Source: Methanobrevibacter sp. (GTDB lineage Archaea; Methanobacteriota; Methanobacteria; Methanobacteriales; Methanobacteriaceae). From it: a stretch of DNA of 32,000 bases. The notes under the pieces are model-generated. The model worked only from the letters and a program-made list of their open reading frames with translations, was not told where the DNA came from and ran no database searches. Within the stretch, counting starts at the first letter, position 1; each line of letters starts with the position of its first letter. A program made the position numbers and the translations under genes. Positions 28,338 to 32,000 of the stretch are shown piece after piece. The DNA lies in contig NZ_JAFRJO010000004.1 of assembly GCF_017432245.1 (NCBI RefSeq), positions 25,072 to 57,071 on the forward strand, in the 5' to 3' direction.

Positions 28338-29138
28338 CTAGAAATCTATTTGAAGAACTTCGCTAATGTCTTCAATTACAAAATCTGCATACCCTTTTAG
28401 TTTATCAGGGAAATCACCATCTTTCTGTTCAGTTGTAAGAATAGCTGTATCAGCTTGCTCAAATGCTAAAATGTCATTTGGGCCATCACCAACCATCATG
28501 ACCTTATACCCTTCATCCTGAAGATTAGCCACAATTTCAGCTTTTCTATGCGTACTTGCAGTTGCAAATGCATGGTCTTCAGGTATTCCTGTAATGTTTG
28601 CAAGTCTTTTGATAGCTCCTGATCTGTCTCCTGAAGCTATGAAAACTTCTATATCCTTATCCTGAAGCTTGGCTATTGTATCCTTAACGCCACTGAATAA
28701 TTGGCCTGCAGATGTTATTGTGAATGCAATTCTTTCCTCTGCAATGTCTATAATGACTGCTGAACCATTGCATAATTCCATATTAGGAACCCTTTCGGCT
28801 AAAAGAGGGAATGTATCTGTAATGTCCTTTATCACAGCAGTATCCTTTTCAAGAATTGAAGTAATTTTCTCTTTGGAAACCTCTGTAGAATAATAGCTGA
28901 TGTCAAAATCTATATTGTTTTCCAATACAAAATCACTTATCAAGGTATTTGGATCCAATTCATTGAGACGATTTGTGTTGAATTGAAGAACAACAAGTGC
29001 TGCATTCAAATAGCTGTCTATCAAATCCAAAGAGTTCACATGAGTGATAAATTCGCCAGTAGACACATTCTTTATAACCCTAAACCTTTCTAATAATGTT
29101 CCGGAGTTATCAAATACAATAGCTTTTTTAGTCATCAT
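28338..29138 (-). CDS. HAD-superfamily protein resembling the P-type ATPase phosphorylation domain (soluble)
   Basis: FDNSGTLLERFRVIKN (DxxGTL), IEVFIASGDRSGAIKRLANITGIP, KAEIVANLQDEGYKVMMVGDGPNDILAFEQADTAI. Confidence 0.85.
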   Translation of the reverse strand: MMTKKAIVFDNSGTLLERFRVIKNVSTGEFITHVNSLDLIDSYLNAALVVLQFNTNRLNELDPNTLISDFVLENNIDFDISYYSTEVSKEKITSILEKDTAVIKDITDTFPLLAERVPNMELCNGSAVIIDIAEERIAFTITSAGQLFSGVKDTIAKLQDKDIEVFIASGDRSGAIKRLANITGIPEDHAFATASTHRKAEIVANLQDEGYKVMMVGDGPNDILAFEQADTAILTTEQKDGDFPDKLKGYADFVIEDISEVLQIDF

Positions 29139-29247
29139 ATCAGCTCAAATTAATAATAATTATAATTATAGATTAGTAATATATTAATTTATTGAATAAC
29201 AATTTAAAAAAATGAATTTGTAATTAAAATGATTTTTTAAAAAGATA

Positions 29248-30201
29248 GTGTGTGAAAAAATGTTGATTGATGAGGAATTGAAATTAAAAAACATTACCCT
29301 TAGAAATCGTATAGTCATGCCTCCTATGGCTAGGGAAGGCAGTGCTGATGGAAAGGTGACAGAAAATCTTATAGAATATTATCGCTTGAGAGCAGAATGT
29401 ACAGGGCTTATAATAGTTGAACACGCATATGTTTCCATTGAAGGAAAATCAACCCCAAAACAGCTTTCTATGGCTGATGATTCTGTTATTGAATCTTATA
29501 GAAATTTGACAGAAGCCATTCATAAGAAAAATTGCTTTGCAATAGCCCAATTAAATCATGGCGGGAAAGAGAGAATTTCAAGGGATTGGATAAACATAAA
29601 TTCCATGACTAAAGAGGATATTGAAAAGGTAAAAGAGGATTTCGCAAAAGCCGCTATAAGAACTAAAAAAGCTGGCTTTGACGGTGTGGAAATACATGCG
29701 GCCCATGAATACCTATTGACTCATTTCTATTCACCTTACACAAATAAAAGAACTGATGAGTATGGGGGAAATCTTGAAAATCGTTTGAGATTGGCTAATG
29801 AAATCATTCAGGAAGTTCGTGCATCTGTAGGTGAAGACTATATTGTAGCCATTCGCTTTGGCGCATATGATTATTTGGAGGGAGGAAGCAAATTGGAGGA
29901 AATTCCTTTTGCTGTCCAATCATTCATAGATTCAGGGGTAGATTTAATTGACATTAGCGGCGGGCTATGCAGATCCAGAAATCCATACAGCAAAGAGCCA
30001 GGATACTTTAAGGAACTTAGTAAAATAGCTAAGGAATCATCTTCAGTTCCAGTGATTCTTACTGGAGGTGTGAAAAAAGCAAAAGATGCTGAAAATCTGC
30101 TGAAAGAGGGATACTGTGACCTTATTGGCATTGGCAGGGCTATGTTAATGGATGCTGAGTGGTCTAAAAAGGCATTGAAATCATTGAAAAATATCCAATA
30201 G
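29248..30201 (+). CDS. NADH:flavin oxidoreductase / Old Yellow Enzyme family, single FMN barrel
   Basis: LKNITLRNRIVMPPMAREGSADG, AIAQLNHGGKE, GFDGVEIHAAHEYLLTHFYSPYTNKRTDEYGG, ILTGGVKKAKDAENLLKEGYCDLIGIGRAML. Confidence 0.93.
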   Translation: MCEKMLIDEELKLKNITLRNRIVMPPMAREGSADGKVTENLIEYYRLRAECTGLIIVEHAYVSIEGKSTPKQLSMADDSVIESYRNLTEAIHKKNCFAIAQLNHGGKERISRDWININSMTKEDIEKVKEDFAKAAIRTKKAGFDGVEIHAAHEYLLTHFYSPYTNKRTDEYGGNLENRLRLANEIIQEVRASVGEDYIVAIRFGAYDYLEGGSKLEEIPFAVQSFIDSGVDLIDISGGLCRSRNPYSKEPGYFKELSKIAKESSSVPVILTGGVKKAKDAENLLKEGYCDLIGIGRAMLMDAEWSKKALKSLKNIQ

Positions 30202-30216
30202 GTATAACTACTTATT

Positions 30217-30262
30217 CTAACTTATATCCTAACTTAATCCTAACTTATATCCTAACTAATAG
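30217..30262. repeat. Four tandem 11-12 bp units, consensus CTAACTTATATC
   Basis: CTAACTTATATC / CTAACTTAATC / CTAACTTATATC / CTAACTAATAG in the intergenic region. Confidence 0.85.
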
Positions 30263-30407
30263 TTTATATAACTTGAAAAATATAATTATATTATTATATA
30301 AAAAAATCATTATCAAAATTTATTGAAATATTTGATATAATATGATTTGATTATCAAAGATTACTTAATCATAATTACAATGTTTTAAAATAAAGTAAGG
30401 TGTTTTA

Positions 30408-31793
30408 ATGAATATCCTTGAAAAATTAAATGCAATTAAAAATCAAGAAATTACTGCAAAGGAAAATGTAGAAGCTTACATTAAGGTTATTGAAGAAAAG
30501 AACGATGACATTAACGCTTTTCTTGAATTAAACAAAGAACAAGCTATCGCTAAAGCAGAAGAGATTGATGCTAAAATAAAGGCTGGAGAAGAAGTCGGAG
30601 CTCTTGCTGGTTTAGTGTTTGGTATTAAGGCTAACATAAATGTAGAAGACTTTATCATATCTGCTGCATCCAAAACCTTAGAGGATTATATCGGAAGCTA
30701 TGATGCAACTGTAGTTAAGAAAATCAAGGCTGAAGACGGAATCATCATAGGAATAAACAACATGGATGAATTTGCAGCAGGAAGTTCAACTGAAACCTCA
30801 TACTATGGAGCTGTAAACAACCCAGCAGCACCTGGAAGAATCCCTGGTGGTTCAAGTGGAGGAAGTGCAGCAGCAGTGGCATCTGGAATGTGTGACATTG
30901 CAATCGGTTCCGACACTGGTGGATCAATCAGAAACCCATCTTCCCACTGTGGAGTCTTAGGTATGAAACCTACCTATGGTGCTGTTTCAAGACAAGGATT
31001 GCTTGACTTGTCAATGAGTTTAGACCAAATCGGTCCTATGGCCCGTGACATCACTGGAATCACCCTTGCTTTAGACACTATTGTTGGATATGACCCAACC
31101 GAATGTACAACATTGAAATGGGACGCTCCAAACTTCACTGAAATAGCTGAGTCTGTCAAAGATGCTGAAAAGCCATTGACAGGAATGAAAATAGCTACCT
31201 GTAAGCAGTTCAAGGAAGTAACCAATGATGAAATCAATGCAATCATTGATGAATCCGTTGCAAAGCTAGAGGAATTAGGTGCAGAAGTAGTGGAATTGAG
31301 TTTCAACTACATTGACATTTGTCTTCCTACATACTATCTTATAAACTATGTTGAATTCTTCTCTGCAACCAGAAAATACGATGGAAGAAAATACGGTTCC
31401 AGAATCGAAGAGGTATGTGGTGAGGAAGTTCTCAGAAGAATCCAAATGGGTTCATACATTTCACAAAAGGAATTCAGCGGCAAATACTATCAAAAAGCTC
31501 TTCAAGCAAGAACAGTCATTAGAAATGAAATCAATGAAATGCTTGAAGGAGTGGACTTGATTGTAGGTCCAACCGTTCCTAAATTGCCACACAAATTAGG
31601 TGAAAAGTTAGAGCCTATGGAAATGTATGCATACGATGTGCTTACCGTAATTGCTAACTTGGCAGGTATTCCAGCTGCAAGCGTAAAGGCTGGTGAAGTT
31701 GATGGCATTCCTGTAGGATTGCAATTGCAGGCAAAACCTCAAGACGATGCAAAAATCGTTCAGGCAATGGCTGCATTTGAGTATGCTAAATAA
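30408..31793 (+). CDS. gatA: Asp-tRNA(Asn)/Glu-tRNA(Gln) amidotransferase subunit A
   Basis: Amidase signature: [75 protein letters not shown]. Confidence 0.95.
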   Translation: MNILEKLNAIKNQEITAKENVEAYIKVIEEKNDDINAFLELNKEQAIAKAEEIDAKIKAGEEVGALAGLVFGIKANINVEDFIISAASKTLEDYIGSYDATVVKKIKAEDGIIIGINNMDEFAAGSSTETSYYGAVNNPAAPGRIPGGSSGGSAAAVASGMCDIAIGSDTGGSIRNPSSHCGVLGMKPTYGAVSRQGLLDLSMSLDQIGPMARDITGITLALDTIVGYDPTECTTLKWDAPNFTEIAESVKDAEKPLTGMKIATCKQFKEVTNDEINAIIDESVAKLEELGAEVVELSFNYIDICLPTYYLINYVEFFSATRKYDGRKYGSRIEEVCGEEVLRRIQMGSYISQKEFSGKYYQKALQARTVIRNEINEMLEGVDLIVGPTVPKLPHKLGEKLEPMEMYAYDVLTVIANLAGIPAASVKAGEVDGIPVGLQLQAKPQDDAKIVQAMAAFEYAK

Positions 31794-31806
31794 GTTTAAA
31801 ACAACC

Positions 31807-31826
31807 AATAGCTATTATTAGCTATT
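31807..31826 (+). terminator. Hairpin plus T-rich terminator after gatA
   Basis: 8-bp perfect arms AATAGCTA-TTAT-TAGCTATT, then AACTTACTTTTTTTATTTTTTTA. Confidence 0.65.
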
Positions 31827-31903
31827 AACTTACTTTTTTTATTTTTTTATTAAATTAATTGATTTTTCTTTTTTTCATGATTTAAATTTTGTAGAGGGTT
31901 AAT

Positions 31904-32000
31904 ATGAGCGAAAATTCATCAAATAAACAGAACAATTCCAAAAAGAGAAACAGGAACAACAATTCCAATCAAAACAAAAAACTGCTCAATGAAATCAAGA
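31904..32000 (+). CDS. N-terminus of a protein cut by the window edge; Asn/Lys-rich low-complexity start (MSENSSNKQNNSKKRNRNNNSNQNKKLLNEIK...)
   Basis: GAGGGT RBS at about 31893, ATG at 31904, open to the window end. Confidence 0.7.
   Translation, partial: MSENSSNKQNNSKKRNRNNNSNQNKKLLNEIK

Noticed and set aside
1-32000. CRISPR array, tRNA or rRNA genes
   Set aside because: No regularly spaced 24-40 bp repeats with unique spacers, and no cloverleaf-like GC-rich segments were spotted by eye; a tRNAscan/CRISPR finder run would be needed to be certain.

Overview
This window looks like an AT-rich Methanobrevibacter-type (Methanobacteriales) chromosomal segment. The lineage call is inferred from fae-hps, mtd, DUF1786 and DUF63 proteins, the GGTGAT-like ribosome-binding sites and overall composition. 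Most of the window is core genes: fae-hps, an iron-sulfur flavoprotein, a polysaccharide flippase, a ModE/TOBE regulator, hisB, mtd, a glycosyltransferase plus oligosaccharide polymerase pair, cfbB/cbiA-like, a HhH-radical SAM protein, a LeuA/CimA/AksA-family synthase, DUF63, PHP, DUF1786, trpB2, a Soj-like parA, a sugar isomerase, a HAD protein, an OYE-like oxidoreductase and gatA. The best candidate for something undescribed is at 25.5-27.4 kb. There, a Soj-type ParA is followed by a protein with a ParB-like N-terminal GLGRGLDSLI peptide but no recognisable ParB/CTPase/HTH core, and is preceded by an AT-rich tract with ten exact AAGTTAT/ATAACTT heptamers, a possible centromere or operator. 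Other leads are TRP-box-like TGTACA sites upstream of trpB2, a putative thioester-domain surface protein, two AbrB-like/coiled-coil paralogs with long noncoding flanks full of repeated motifs, a ferredoxin ORF with no canonical start codon, and several hairpin plus T-tract terminators. I saw no CRISPR array, tRNA, rRNA or intact mobile element.
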